DNA of 64,000 nt from Hormiphora californensis (Eukaryota > Animalia > Ctenophora): the NCBI GenBank assembly GCA_020137815.1, contig CM035350.1, positions 3,844,001 to 3,908,000 on the forward strand, in the 5' to 3' direction. The notes below the pieces were generated by a model. That model was given only the letters and a program-made list of their open reading frames with translations, made no database searches and was not told the origin of the DNA. This document shows positions 1-37,965 of the stretch, one piece after another (the first letter of the stretch is position 1; the number at the start of each line of letters is the position of its first letter). The position numbers and the translations under genes are program-made.

Positions 1-1543
1 CAGTAAACTCCTGACTTGGCAACATCCTCAAGCACCGCTCACACCTGTAATTTAAGTGTGTTACAATTGCAGATTCTCTTCTTTTACAATTACAGATGGG
101 AGTGATTTATAATGGCCCCTTTTGTGCAATACTAAGTTTATTAATTTGGTTGATTGGTTTTTCCACCTCCCGTTTTGACTATTCCCATGTTCCCCATTTA
201 AACATGTACTGAGCCGAGTGTTAAAGTACAGCCAACAATTCTCTGCTTACCTAACACCTCCTAGAGGCTGGTCTGTAGTCATCTGGCAGACAACGTATTT
301 CGGAGTTATATCATTGATCTCAAACTTATCATACGTTCTCTTCTCCTTCTCCATGTAGAGATTGTTGAACCGCTCGGAACTAACCCAGAATAGTTTATCC
401 TTGTCAATGTCACCAAATGTAAAGTTCTTCCACAGGTAGATTAGGAACTTTTGGTGTTCCACAAGGTACTGAATGATGCTATCCGGGAGAGGGGATTATC
501 AATTAATGACCATATATGGTGTTGCCTGAGTCCATACATGGAGATATTTCCTTACCTCTTGTCCACGCCGTTCTTTCGGACCCTCCAAGTTTTCTCATCA
601 ATTTCATCACCCAAATGAGAGATAGATTGCTTTAGATCTTGCTTTATGTAGTATACTTCCATCTCGGCTCGAGTAAAGAGGAAGGTCTTCGCTATGGTAT
701 CTTTCTCAATGCCGTTAACATTCTGGGATTCAGAGTTAGTTAGTATTCTAAAAACAAATCGTGTAGGATGGCCTGGGAACCCTAGTAGTACCGAGAAAGG
801 TCAGCAAATATCACCATCTACTAATTTGTCTTCTGTAAAAGCTTACCGTCTTCTCATGTGGTAGAGTAGCAAATGTTTTAACTTTGCCCCGATTCATCAG
901 TTCAATAATCCTCAAATCGAACATTCCTTTTAGCTCCACATTGTAAACGTGCTTTATACAATCCTTTACCTCTCGCACATCAAACATAACCTTTTCATTG
1001 TACGCCACCTCCAGGAATTCTTTCATTCCCTGTGATGAATTGCCTTGTTTGAACCTCTATCACCGGGTTAGAAAATAATAAGTCATGTTGTCATAGAGTT
1101 AGTGTAAACTGTAAAAGATGCGTTTTACAGTAAAACGCATCTTTTTTTAAAAGTTGAATCAGAAATTAGGACTTACTGGTTGCTCAGGATCACCTGTGTC
1201 TGCCCATAATTCGTCGCCCAGTGAGATCACATCAAATATAAAAGTAATCCCAAACCCATCAGTGACAGCAATTGCTCCAAGGAAACCTGATTGGGCATTA
1301 ATAAGTTACCTTATGATCTAAAAATAACGAAAAATGGTAAAATTTCGTTAATTCAATGTTTACGGTACGTTAATGTAATAAACTACATTTTTCAGGAAGA
1401 GAAGGATTCAGGACCTGAACAACATGTGGTGACAGTCATTTCCTACCTTTCCTTGAAATATTGGAACCACCGAATGAAACAAAGATCTCCCTCGTCAACT
1501 GTTTTACACGTGGTTTCATGTAGCTGAAACAGAGGTTAGTTTA

Positions 1544-1611
<68 letters not shown>

Positions 1612-1619
1612 CCCCCCCC

Positions 1620-1717
<98 letters not shown>

Positions 1718-2021
1718 CTTACTGGTTTATGTGGGCCATGGCTTTCCTCATCTCCTCTACCGTCGTTACCAAGGTTACCCCAGCGTAACTTCCATCCTCT
1801 AAATTAGGCTCAAATATCTCCAACTTTCGCTCTTCCTGATACTAATATGGATATTGTAATTGGTTCATTGGCTTGGAGATGACTCTTTTCGCGGGCTTTC
1901 ACCCACTGATAAAACCAAACAAACAAACCTCGACTTTCTTTTTCCTGGAGGTTCTCTTCTTCATTCCTCCCACACTCCGTGTTCCTTGGGTCCCCGAGGT
2001 CGGGCTGTCCAAGCCTGGCAT
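1..2021 (-). CDS. EXD1/Egalitarian-like DnaQ 3'-5' exonuclease-domain protein, probably inactive; 3' end outside the window
   Basis: In-frame GT-AG exons: 2021-1929, 1835-1723, 1523-1447, 1286-1177, 1056-847, 722-556, 478-251, 44-<1. Translation has FVSFGGSNISRKGFLGAIAV..TFIFDVISLG, GMKEFLE..EKVMFDVREVKDCIKHVYNVELKGMFDLRI and TWRVR..IIQYL..FLIYL, which match recalled EXD1 motifs (AAEGANVCRHGKL, VYLFDIFLLG, KVIHDCR..DCL.HQY..L.NVFDTQV). Confidence 0.65.
1546..1712. repeat. (CT)n microsatellite; further (CT)/(GA) tracts near 2915-3070, 3470-3720, 5065-5295, 6085-6230, 7685-7800, 8190-8305 and 42795-42890
   Basis: Directly visible dinucleotide runs. Confidence 0.95.
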
Positions 2022-2983
2022 GTTTCACCTAGGCTAGGAAACAAGTTGGGAGTTGGGTTCAGCTGTGATACAGGAGGGGGGGGGTACCTAGGCTAGGACA
2101 TAAGTGGGGATTTGGGTTTGAGGCAGGATGGGGCACTGAGCTGATTAGAGAAGTATATATACCAGTTGGGGCAATAAAAACAGCTTCACAAGTGAGAACA
2201 CAATAACAGACTGTATACCAGTTGGGTTAGCATGGTACTAGTGCATTGCCTAGCTTGCACTACCCGACTGTAAACATGGAACTAAGTGCTAGCTAGTGGA
2301 AAGTCATAAAATACCGATCGTATGTAGACAGCAGAATAACGGAGGAGGGTGTCCATGGTATGATACATTTTCACAATTTGGAATATTTTTTATCCTGTTT
2401 GCCAGATAAGACCCTCTGTGAACATCGCAAGCATTTAATTTTCTCTGCATTTAATAAGATAAGACCTACATAATTACTTTTTATTCAGAGTCCGACTGTA
2501 GCATTCGGACACACACACCGGGACGGTCGGTCCCAATTAATGTAGCCCTCCCTCGTTCACAGCCGGTACACGGGGACCTCCTTATAGTTCTAGACTATTG
2601 GAACTCTTGTACGACACATCAGGTCTTCTAAATTCCAGTGTCCTCTCCTCCTGATATATTGTTCAAACCACTCACAGCTGTGTGTGTGTGTGTTTCACAT
2701 TAAATTGTAGTGTGTCCCCCATCTATGAAACCACATTATAGGAAACTACGTGCCTCTTAAAAAATGGGGGCTAGTTTCTATTGGGCCGTACCACTACGGT
2801 CACACTCACTCTAACGGATAGCAATAATTAGTATTGATTAATAATTAAAAGTCGGAGAGAACTACCTCTCCACTGAGCTGTGAAAAGAATTGGAATTAAT
2901 CTACCACTCCGAGAGACGGGGAGAGAGATGAAAGAGAGGGAGAGAGAGAGAGAGAGATAGAGAGAGAGAGGGAGAGAGATAGA

Positions 2984-3071
<88 letters not shown>

Positions 3072-3516
3072 GAGGAATTGCAGTCAACTTGATTTAGAAC
3101 AGTTCACAACTTCTGTGGATTTTATGAGCTATATAGTTCTAGTTGTGCCTCATAATATGATGAATTTTAGTTGTCAAGTGCAGACAAATTTAATCCCTTG
3201 CCCCCATCTAGTGCTTGCTTTTTCGCTCTTTCTCCCTGCCCATCCTTCTCTCTCACTATATAATTCTTTTTAAATATTAAGTTGAACTTTAATCTTAGAA
3301 TTAGCTTTCATTTTTCTCTTTTGTGACACCAAGATGCGAATGGGTTAAAATATATATAGATGCGACAACATAAAGTCACTTCTTAATCATACAGAACACA
3401 TTGCAGTTGAATCCCCTATCTATCTCTTAGATCTCTTTTTTCTCTCTGTCCTGTACTACTCTTTCGTATTCTCTCTCTCTCTTCTCATCTCTCTATCTAC
3501 TCTCTCTCTTTCCTCT

Positions 3517-3570
<54 letters not shown>

Positions 3571-3614
3571 TCTCTCTATATCATCTACTCTCTCTCTCTC
3601 TGTTCCTCTCTCTA

Positions 3615-3695
<81 letters not shown>

Positions 3696-4643
3696 CCTCT
3701 CCCTCTCTCTCTCCTCCCTCTATCAAATATCAACATGGTCAGCATTAAAACCCGCATTAAAATATGATTAATATTACCCCCCAGTCGGCTGCAGCAAATC
3801 TGTTGCCTGGAATGTGGTCAAGTACAGCTTCTCAGCTATAGTTTTCACCTTGAAATATAGGCAGTCCTGAGTCCAGTCCTGAGTTGCACGGATTTGTTTG
3901 TATGTACTATGTAGATTGTAGGTACGTAATATCTAAATCCAGTTCCTGACAAGAATTGATTCCGAAAGAGTTGGAAAGAGTTGGAAAGAGTTGGAAAGAC
4001 CTTCCCAACACAACCGGGATCGTCAAGTCTTTATCTTATCAGGAAGACGTCATCAGGTGATGAAAGGGAGGGGCAACGTTCTCTTTTTACCCCCTAGTTT
4101 TGGGAGGTATCTAGGATCAAGGGATCGTCTAACTTTCCTTCTGGGCAGGAAGTGGAGATATAATAATGATCGAAATGGTTGCCTAGCTAGACTGTTTGAA
4201 CAAAATAACGAAATGGCTTGCCACAAAAATGTTTTATTTGAAGTCCCTTTTTCTAATTCCCAGCCAATATCGAGTCAAATCCAGGTACCTCACACTTTTC
4301 TTAGGGCGGATTCCACGTCAAGGTATAGGAACATGGATTGAGAAACGAAGGGTTCTGGTTGCCCACGGCTGACAGAAAATTTAATTAAAAAAGAATTCAC
4401 TTTTATAATTCGCCCACAAGGTTCATCATCAATATAATGAAAAGTCTAGATTGAACGTTTGGAGGTTTTAAAGTGAGAGAGATATAACGCTTCAATCCTC
4501 GAACTAATAATCTTATAATGGTAGATCTGGTGGTGACCAATACGACGATATCCCAATGCGATAGATCGGTAGTACTTTTAATACCTTTATTGCAAAAATG
4601 AGAAGATTCGCCGCAACGCTAATCCACCACAAATGTAGACGGT

Positions 4644-4738
4644 CTTATAGAGATGGTTAAATTGTCAGCGCATACGGAGGGTTTACTAGGGTCTACTAGA
4701 CCCTCCGTATCCGCTGACAATTTAACCATCTATATAAG
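4644..4738. repeat. Small palindromic MITE-like hairpin
   Basis: cttatagagatggttaaattgtcagcgcatacggaggg is mirrored by ccctccgtatccgctgacaatttaaccatctatataag. Confidence 0.6.
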
Positions 4739-5063
4739 AGGGAAGTCCCTGTCCAGATTGTCTTGACCGAATAATAGAGATCAGTGTACTGGCATTATGG
4801 ATAGTACAGGTTATGCCGATCGCTCCTTTTTTAACTGTTTCATTTCTTTTTGCTACCAAACCTCCATACTAGCGCTGCAGTAGCAGCACTGATTAGGGCT
4901 CTTAGCGCTTAACGTAATATTATTTTAGGCTACAGGGCATTAATACCTACTGTATATTAATAATACTGGGGCCTGCGGTTTGCATGCAATACTAGGCGCG
5001 GTATTACACGTTCCGTTTTAACGGTGCAAAATCGTGAAAATTAAAGCTCCTCTCTCGACTTTG

Positions 5064-5117
<54 letters not shown>

Positions 5118-5199
5118 TCATTTCGGTTCTTGCCTTTCTCAATCTCTGTATGCAATTCTCTTTGCTCTTCTATCTTGTCCCTCTCTTCTCCATCTCTCT

Positions 5200-5296
<97 letters not shown>

Positions 5297-5746
5297 GAGC
5301 TCACGTGGTCGTTCATTTTCACAGCTGTGCCGCTCTGTCATTTCGGAACAGCGATAGGTCGGCTATAATACCGGAGAATTAAACAATGGCAAGTTATTTT
5401 GGATTTAATTATAGCATTTTAATGAATTATAACACATAATAAATAATTAATGCATGTGTTCTTACAACGAACACTGTGTGTTGCTCATTCGAGCCTCTTC
5501 AAAGATCCATCATCCCACCGAGATAAATCCTAACTCTCTCTCTCTCTCTCTCTCTCTCTTGGCAATTAATTTCCTACCAATTACATCTGCGTTAGTTCTG
5601 CTGAAAATAATTATAATATGAGAATCAATTTAATGTCGCTACATTTTCTCTCCCACTCTCCTCTCTCACTCTCTCTCCCATGTTTCTGTCACGTGAATTT
5701 GCATACTAGGAGGGAGACAATTGGAAGCTCTTGATTAAGCAGAAAC

Positions 5747-5890
5747 GTCTAGTTGGGCACCTATTCGTCTTAGGAAACATTTGTCTAGTTGGGCACCTAT
5801 TAGTCTTAGAGACAGTTGTCTCGTTGGGCACCTATTCGTCTTGGAGGCAGTTGTCTAGTTGGGCACCTATTCTTATTGGAGACATTTGTT
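5747..5890. repeat. ~35-bp minisatellite, 4 copies
   Basis: Repeated gtctagttgggcacctattcgtctt(a/g)gagaca(t/g)tt. Confidence 0.8.
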
Positions 5891-7680
5891 TTAGCGATAA
5901 ATAATGCCAGGTAGATGTGAGAGATATTAAACAGGAACCTGAGAGAATGAGATGAGGGATGCCGTTAACTTTCCAATGAACTCTGCTTCTTTAACGTTAT
6001 CGGGTTTTAGCAATCAAATCTTTATATTATTAGCTTTGTGGGCTTTTTAGAAATCAATGAAGATCCTAGAAGTTAGATTAAATCTCACTCTCCTCTCTCT
6101 CGCCTCTCGCTTCTCTCTCTCTTCTCTCTCTCTCTCTCTCTCCTCCTTCTCTCTCTTTTCTTTCCTCTCTCTCTCTCTCTCTCTCCTCTCTCCTCCTCTC
6201 TCTCTCTCTCCCTCTCTCTCCCTCTCTCTTTATTGTGGTACACATTATGAGGGGAATTTCGTTAATGCAGCGCCCACATTTTCCTATAAAATGAGAGGGA
6301 GAAAGTTGCATGTGGCACACTACTCATCTATCGGACGTATGAAAAAATAATACCACTTCGGGCCTTTATTAATTCGAAATTGCCATTTTTTATCGAAATT
6401 TATATAGTTGTTGCACACTTCCATGCACGCAAATAAAACTAATAATTCGCCCTTGTTAGTGCCAGTAGCCCGTGAAACAACCATATTAGTATAAATTAGT
6501 ATAAATTAGTACCTTTTGCTGCCGACACACTTGACTTCCCTCTGCGACACGTGCAACTGTCAGGAATAGCTCTACCAATAGGGTACTGCTATCAGCTGGG
6601 TTTATACTATTCTATATTTCTATATCCTTCCTCTCCATATGTTTTTGTGTTTTAGATCACCATCTCCTGTCTACATATTATGGTCTTGTGCTTCTCAGTA
6701 TGAGGCGGCTCTTCAGTCTTACTTGAGGTACACGACTGGTGTGATCGGAGGTGTGTACCAGACTATTAATCTAGTAGACCATGCACAATGCACACATACA
6801 TGCACCGACATGAATTAATCTAAGTGCAGTAACGTGAAGTATGAAGTACCTGGGCTACCCGATGAATCTAGTGCAGGGGGCCTGTTTATTAGCACGTTAG
6901 TAAAGTAGTAGTGGTTATTGGTTAGCCCGACTGCAGGTTCGAGGTTCGATTTATAACGATCATGTGTTCGAACTACTGGTTTCTCATTAACCCGTATGGT
7001 CAACTCATGGCAGGTGATATATGTATGACCTTGATCTGCAGTACGGACTACAGGACCTATTATAGTAAACTTTCCATTCTTAGTTTCCTAGATATCAGCA
7101 TTGTGCCTGCGTTAATTTAATTTCCATGTCCTTAAAAGACATTAAAGGACATTTTAATACGCAACCCCCCTGATGGCCTTCCAGTTACATGGTGACGAAA
7201 TAAAGCTTGTTCGTTAAAACTTGATCTGTCCGTCAACTATCACATCTATATCCCCCTCGTTCCTCCTTCTCTATCTATCTTATAGGTATTTCATTGCCTC
7301 CTTCTATCCCTCTCTGATATCTATCTATGTTTTCCCCTCTCTTTCGGTTTCTCTCTGTCTCTCTTAAAATGTCCCTTAATGTCTCATGATTTTTGGGACA
7401 TTAAATGGTCTGTGTATGGTCTGGGCCATTAAAGGACATTAAAGGACATTAAATCATAACTTCCAAAAATTACTTCGAAATGTGCAGTGTTACCAAAGAT
7501 TTCCCCCGGTTTCTCTATGTCTCTGTCTCTCCCTCTTTCTCTCTCGTTCTTCCCTCCTCACTCATGGGCCTCTCAATCGACTGGTTATAGCGTAGTCCTT
7601 CTTAACCGGTGCGTGCATTAAACGAGATTAAAGAATTGTTTGCCTGTGTTTTGTTAATCACATATATTGTAAACAAGGGC

Positions 7681-7755
<75 letters not shown>

Positions 7756-8274
7756 CTCTCTCTCTCTCTCCTCTCTCTCTCTCCCCCCTCTCTCTCTCTC
7801 TCTATGCCTGGCAACAGTTAACAACAACAAGCGCTCCTGATAGAGCTGGTGATCACCACCAGTCGAGACCTGCTGCAGCCGTGGCTGGCTAGGATAGAGA
7901 GAGGGAGACAGAAAGAGAGAGGAAATTGAGAGAGAGAGAGAACGAAGAGAGGGAGAGAGAGAGGTGGGTTTGATAGGGAAAATTTTTCTGGGGGGGGGAG
8001 GGATCCGAAGGTGAAGATTCCAAACAAAAAAAAAAAAGGGGAAAAAAATAAAAGTGTGGAGACAATGCAATAACCGACCGGAGCATGAAGAAACATACAC
8101 AGGGAATATGGGGTGAAAAAATGAAGGCGACGTCTGGTGGGCGGAAATGGGCCCTGCACTACAATTCTTCTTGGCGGGGAGGCCAAAAATACAGAGAGAG
8201 GAGAAGAGAGAGAGAGGAGAAAGAGAGAAGAATGAGAGAAAGGAGGAGCAGAAAGAAGAGAGAGCAGAGAGACG

Positions 8275-8305
<31 letters not shown>

Positions 8306-11300
8306 CCGTAGAAGAGATAGAAATTGATAATCCTGCGATCTATAGCTAGGGATCTTATGATATAATCCCACTAAGAGATCATCATCACCACGCAGTGTTC
8401 GGTTTCCCGAGATAGATGTGTGTGCCATCCTCCTTTAAAAACGGAAACTTCACCCCCGATGGGATAGAGTCAGGGAGTCGGTGTTAGAAATTTCAATTTA
8501 TCCTTTTGTATCACTAAAGGAACCCCCCCAAATTTGTGGGGTTAGAATTCAACCCTCGCCCGCTTGTATATTTCGGGGTTTCAAATTCAATTTTCCATCA
8601 GGGGAAAAATTTTAATCTTTTTAATGGCCACTTCTGGTATGTGCGCAATATGGCTTTTAACCATTTTTAATATTCTGTTTCCCATTTTAGCAGCTTTGAT
8701 AATCCTCCGAGGAAATCTCGTTAAACCTATTCAAGTGTGGAAAAAATGGAAAATCAACATTAGGGGTTTTGGTTTGATAATTTGGGGGTTTGTTTTTTTC
8801 TTGTGGTCCCCCCAGGGCCCAATTAGTCTTGGAAGAGAGTGGTCGAATAACCCACAAAAACAAAAAAGGGAACTAGTAACTGAGTGTGTGGGAAAATTTT
8901 CAATTCCCCAGGCTGTGCTCTCTTTTTTTCCCCCTAAACTTTTAGTAAGGGTTCCTTTCCTAAATTAACAGCCCAAAGTAAACTCCCCACCCGTGACACG
9001 TTTATCTTTTGTTCCTTTTTTGGGGGAGGGAGAGACAGTTGGGAGGGGAGAGAAAACGACAGAGGAAAGAAAAAACCCCCTTTTCCCCCTTTTTCCCCCC
9101 CCCCCCCCCCTTTTTTTTCCCCCAACCCCCCCCCGGGGGTTTTTTCTCCCCTCTCCCTTCTCAAATTTCCTCTCTTCTCTCCCCCTTCCTTCTTCTCTCC
9201 TTCTTCCCTTCTTCTCTTTTTCCCACCCCCTTTTCTGATCTTAATGCGTCCTTTTTCCCATGGTCCCGTGGGCAGCTTTAACCCCAGCTGAGTTGATATG
9301 TTGTGGAGATGATGTTGTTCGGCACGTGTTGAGAGAGGGAGAGAGAGAAATGATAGCTCTGTCTCTCTCTCAATCACTATAACACCATTCCACTACTACC
9401 CGTGGTTTGTTATTTAACGAATTATGTGCTTCAATTGTAGAGCTCTCTCCCTTCCCTCCCTACCCGTCTAAAGTTTTGGTTAAGTAAGTTTTCCTGTAAC
9501 GGACCGTGGGAGAAATTGGTAATGGGTTGGCGTTATTGGACCAATTAGTATCAAACCATTTGAGATGCCCCCAAAATTTACAAATTTTTTTTTCCGGGAA
9601 TTTTTCCCTGTTTGATTAAAAACTTTATTTCCCTCTAATATTTTTTTTTGGGTTTTTTTTTTTAAAAATTTGTTTTGGGGCTTCTAACCCTTTTTTTAGT
9701 CCCTTTTTTTTTTTTTTCACTACGTTTATTTCTTCCCTTCCCTTTTTTTGGGGGGGCCCCCAAAAAAAAATTTCCTTTAAAAAGGCCCCTTTTTTTTTAA
9801 ACCCCAAACCCCCCCCAACAAAGGGGTTTTTTCCCCGATAGCCCCAGGGTTTTGGGAAACAAGAGACAGATTTTAGAACCCGACAGCCGGGGGGCCATAA
9901 TTTTTTCCTACCTAATAAAAAATCTGGGCAAAACTAGGGGATAAATTTTAGAATTAATTGGGGGGGGGGGTTTTTCAATTTTGGGGGTTAAAAAAAGCTT
10001 TCCCCTTCCCTCTAACCCCCGGGGGGGGGGAAAAAAGGGGGGGGGTTTTTTGGGGGGGGGTTTTTAAAAAAAGAGGGAAAAGGGGGGAAAAAAATTTTAA
10101 AAGGGGGGGGGGGGAAAAGGGAAAAGGGGGGGAGAAAAGAAAAGGGGGAAAAAAAAAAAGGGGGGGGGGGAAAGGGGGGAATTAACCAATTTCCCAATGG
10201 GTGGGGGGCAACCATGGATCCAGGGTATCAATAATTTTACTTTTTTGGGGGAAAGATAGGGTAATACGGTTTCTTGGGGTGGGATATGCCACTTAATTTT
10301 CTGGGTTAGTATGGGAAAAATGCCCCCAGTGGTTTCCCCCCTAGGCCTTTCTATACCCCCCTTGGCCCACGCCCCCCAGATCTATCTTTTAATCATTTCC
10401 TCTACTTAGCGTCTTTAATTTTCTCTTAAATCCCCCCCATCTTTTTAAAACTTTTTTTCTCGCAGCCCTTAAAATGGCAGTTTTCCCTTCAAGAAGGGGG
10501 GGTTTTTAATTTTTTCGGGGCAAAAAAACTAGTCTGGGCAGCCCAATTTTCGTTTAAATTCCCAGGTTTTACGGGCGCAGGGATTTTTAGGAGGGGGAAA
10601 AGGAGAGGGGGAGAGGAAAAGGAGGATGAACAGAATCTATTCGCTTTCTTCTCTCTCTTCTCTCCTCTTATTTCTTTCTCTCTTCTTCTTTTTCCCCCCC
10701 CCCCCTTTTTTTCTTCTCTTTTTCTCTCTTCTCTTTCTTTCTTTTTTTCCTCTTTTTCCCCTTTCACTCTTTTCTCTTTTCCGATCTCCGGGTTAATCTG
10801 GTATGAATCAATTGGCTGCTTGTAAAATTTATTTTTATAGCAGTGCGTTGAGTGGCCCATTGCGAAATTGCTTTTAATCTTTACCCTTTTTAGAAGATTA
10901 AAACCCCAAAACGACCCCCCACGATGTTTATTTTTCCCCCCCCTACTTTTAAAAGCATATATTAGACCAGAATTTTAAAATTTCAACTTGATTCAACCCT
11001 GGAGACCATTTTTATCTTTCAATAATAACACTTCCATTTTAAATTTGTTCTTAAACCCCCCCACACCAATGGGTTTTTAAAACCCCCCCGCCCCCACCCC
11101 TTTCCCCCCCCCCCCGCTTCCTTCCTTTCTTTATTTTCCTCTTTCTCTCCTCTTTCCATAAAACCTGATCTATCTAATTTGAAAAAAAGGAGAATTTTTT
11201 TGATAAATTTTTAAAAGGGATTTTATAAAACCAAACAGCATAGTTAGCGTCAAATACGTCGCTCTCTCGGGGGGAGGGTAGGGATGATAGAGAGAATTTA

Positions 11301-12180
11301 ACATTTATCTATTGTAAGAGAATTTATCTCAACTCAAAATTGTTTATCATCTCGTGCACCCTTTATATCCGTTCTTTAGCTCGCCTTTGTTTGAGTCGTT
11401 GAGGGGTGAGTGGCTATTGAGGCAAGGATATGTTTTGTTTATGTATATATAAAATCAAAAGAGAGGAGGAAAAAGGGGGGAAAGGGGAGGGGGGGGGGGA
11501 AAAAAATTATCTAATTTAAACCCCCTATCTCTATAAATAGAGATAGGGGGGCAGAGCACAGGTTCAGAAGGGTATGATAAAATCCCTCAAATTTTAGCAT
11601 TTTAGTAAAAACAAAACCCCATCAAATTTCACAGCTGGAATCCACTGCAAGGAAGTACCAGTTGCCGCTACTCTGTACTTCGCCCCCTAAAAGGGAATAT
11701 ATTTTTCTTATCCGGTTGGGTGAAATTTGGAAAGGGTTTTTAAAATTTTCACCTGTTTTTTCCCCCCCTGCCTCTCGTGTACTAAATGGCGTATTACCCG
11801 ACTGGTTGGCACTATACGATCCCATCCCACGCCCCCCGTACAGATTTTTCAAAAGCTTTCGGCCCCCTTCGAAGGGGGTTTTTTTTTGGAGACATGAGAT
11901 CAATTCAAATTAAATTTTAATCTCCCAAACCCCCAACACGTTAAAATTAATTTTTTTTTGAAAAAAAAATTTTGGGGCCCCTTTTTTTTGGCAATTGTGT
12001 CCCCACCAATGATTTTTCATGCCCATTCCCCGGGTTGTTTTGCATTTGGGGAACTAATTCTTAAGTTGTGGCGTTTTCCCCGGATTAGGGAAAGAAATCA
12101 TCAGTTGGGTAACCCCTTTGGGGGGGCATTTTGTTTTGTAGGCCCCGCCTTTTTAACTTAAGATACTAATTTCCCCCTTC

Positions 12181-35805
<23,625 letters not shown>

Positions 35806-35981
35806 AGCGCTATAATAGTTGTGACAGGGTTACAGATGGGGTTGTACAAAGATATAAGTAATCACTAATCAGTATGTATTAATCTAGAATATAACGTGGA
35901 AAACATGTCTGGTAAGAAAAGTAAAAATGATTAAACAAACATGGGTGCAACAATATGAATATATGATAAAATGTAAGAGAT

Positions 35982-36416
35982 CTAAGATGCTGATATTGAT
36001 AAACGGTAACTATGCCAATCTTCTGTAACTGTCAAGTTAGTGAAGCCAGTCGTTTGCGCAACCTCAATAGTATTTTCATCTTTAGAAAACAGATCAAATC
36101 GTGATATACCCCGTTCCTTTCCCTCAGAAATTACTGCCTCGAACAAGCAAACTTTAATGTGGTTATTATCGGCAACTATTGTCCGTATCACAACTGATTC
36201 TGCTACCCAGGTACTGTAGTGTGGGTAGGAGAGGAGAATCCCTACTATTTTATCGTCATCTCGAGCAATGAAAACTCTAATGGCCTCCATCTTGATCATA
36301 TTCCATATGTCGTCGATAGCCACTGTAGCTGATTTGACTGTGCTGGTGTAGTATGAGCACATTGCTACCACGTCTTCTCTAGCTACCACTTTGCTACATA
36401 CAATAGGATCCTTCAT
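35982..36416 (-). CDS. GNAT-family (SSAT/diamine N-acetyltransferase-like) protein, copy 1
   Basis: Intronless 144 aa ORF: VFIARDDDKIVGILLSYPHYSTW...LFEAVISEGKERGISRFDL...GFTNLTVTEDWHSYRL, resembling SSAT motifs. Confidence 0.75.
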   Translation of the reverse strand: MKDPIVCSKVVAREDVVAMCSYYTSTVKSATVAIDDIWNMIKMEAIRVFIARDDDKIVGILLSYPHYSTWVAESVVIRTIVADNNHIKVCLFEAVISEGKERGISRFDLFSKDENTIEVAQTTGFTNLTVTEDWHSYRLSISAS

Positions 36417-37271
36417 TTCGCTAAATCTTCAATTATAAGTATCACTAATTAGGAAAGATGAATCATAAATGCAGAAATTGGAAAATGCGGCCTCGTCCTT
36501 TGGTCGACCGGAAGGCGGAACGCCGCCAAGTTCCGACCGCGAAGTTATTCAAAACCGAGATTTCTAAACCCTTTATGATATTTTTAGCACACGTGCTAAA
36601 ACGATCCACCCGGACAGGGGAAAATCGACTGGAGCTAAGGAAGCAGCTGGTTTAGAAAAATAAAGAAAAAATAGAAGAAACGTTGGCAAACGGGATAAGG
36701 CAGCGCTTTTCAAGTTGGCAAACGTTGCTGGCCCCCGATACTCGATAGGGATAAGGCAGCGCTTTTCAAGAAGAAACGGCTTTTTTAATTTTTTTTTTTT
36801 TTGAAAATTCACTAACCCCAACACCGATTGGCATCACTTTCCAACAGCCGAAGAGAAGCTACCGAAGAGAGAAAGGGGGTAACCGTATGAAGAGTTAATC
36901 GCGATGAGTCTCATTCACATTGGGTTCGATCATTTGCCCCCGGTGTTGGGTTTAGTAATAAATATTAAAATCACTCACTCGAATAAACAATAACGGCTTT
37001 TTTAAACTGATGAGGTGGTTTACATTTAATCACACAAAAACATAAAACAAAACAATAAATTATAATAAATTACCCACACACCGTCATACCCATAGCGCTA
37101 TAATAATTGTGACAGGGTTACAGATGGGGTTGTACAAAGATATAAGTAATCACTAATCAGTGTGTATTAATCTAGAAAATATAACGTGGAAAACATGTCT
37201 GGTAAGAAAAGTAAAAATGATTAAACAAACAAGGGTGCAACAATATGAATATAGGATAAAATGTAAGAGAT

Positions 37272-37706
37272 CTAAGATGCTGATATTGATAAACGATAGC
37301 TATGCCAATCTTCTGTAACTGTCAAGTTGGTGAAGCCAGTCGTTTGTGCAACCTCAATAGTATTTTCATCTTTAGAAAACAGATCAAATCGTGATATACC
37401 CCGTTCCTTTCCCTCAGCAATTACTGCCTCGAACAAGCAAACTTTAATGTGGTTATTATCGGCAAGTATTGTCCGTATCACAACTGATTCTGCAACCCAG
37501 GTACTGTAGTGTGGGTAGGAGAGGAGAATCCCTACTATTTTATCGTCATCTCGAGCAATAAAAACTCTAATGGCCTCCATCTTGATCATATTCCATATGT
37601 CGTCGATAGCCACTGTTGCTGATTTGACTGTGCTGGTGTAGTATGAGCACATTGCTACCACGTCTTCTCTAGCTATCACTTTGCTACATACAATAGGATC
37701 CTTCAT
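37272..37706 (-). CDS. GNAT/SSAT-like protein, copy 2 (local tandem duplicate)
   Basis: 3 aa differences from copy 1; flanks 37088-37835 duplicate 35800-36552. Confidence 0.72.
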   Translation of the reverse strand: MKDPIVCSKVIAREDVVAMCSYYTSTVKSATVAIDDIWNMIKMEAIRVFIARDDDKIVGILLSYPHYSTWVAESVVIRTILADNNHIKVCLFEAVIAEGKERGISRFDLFSKDENTIEVAQTTGFTNLTVTEDWHSYRLSISAS

Positions 37707-37965
37707 TTCGCTAAATCTTCATATATCAGTATCACTAATTAGGAAAGATGAATCATAAATGCAGATATTGGAATATGTGGCTTCTCCCTTCGGTCGACCG
37801 GAACGCCGCTGAGTTCCGACCGCGAAGATATTCATGCCAGGAAAGCAAGTTTACAAGTTTACAAGTTTACAATTAAAGTTTTATTTATAAAGAAACAGGC
37901 CTTCCCTGAATGGGTCCACCTAAATAAAATCAAGTTGAAAAACTATCCCTTCACACTCACACTCA

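Noticed and set aside
2896-8428. (ER)n and (SL)n ORFs
   Set aside because: Translations of (GA)/(CT) microsatellites.
8564-12161. K/G/F/P-rich ORFs
   Set aside because: They fall in homopolymer-inflated, error-like sequence and have no recognisable domains.
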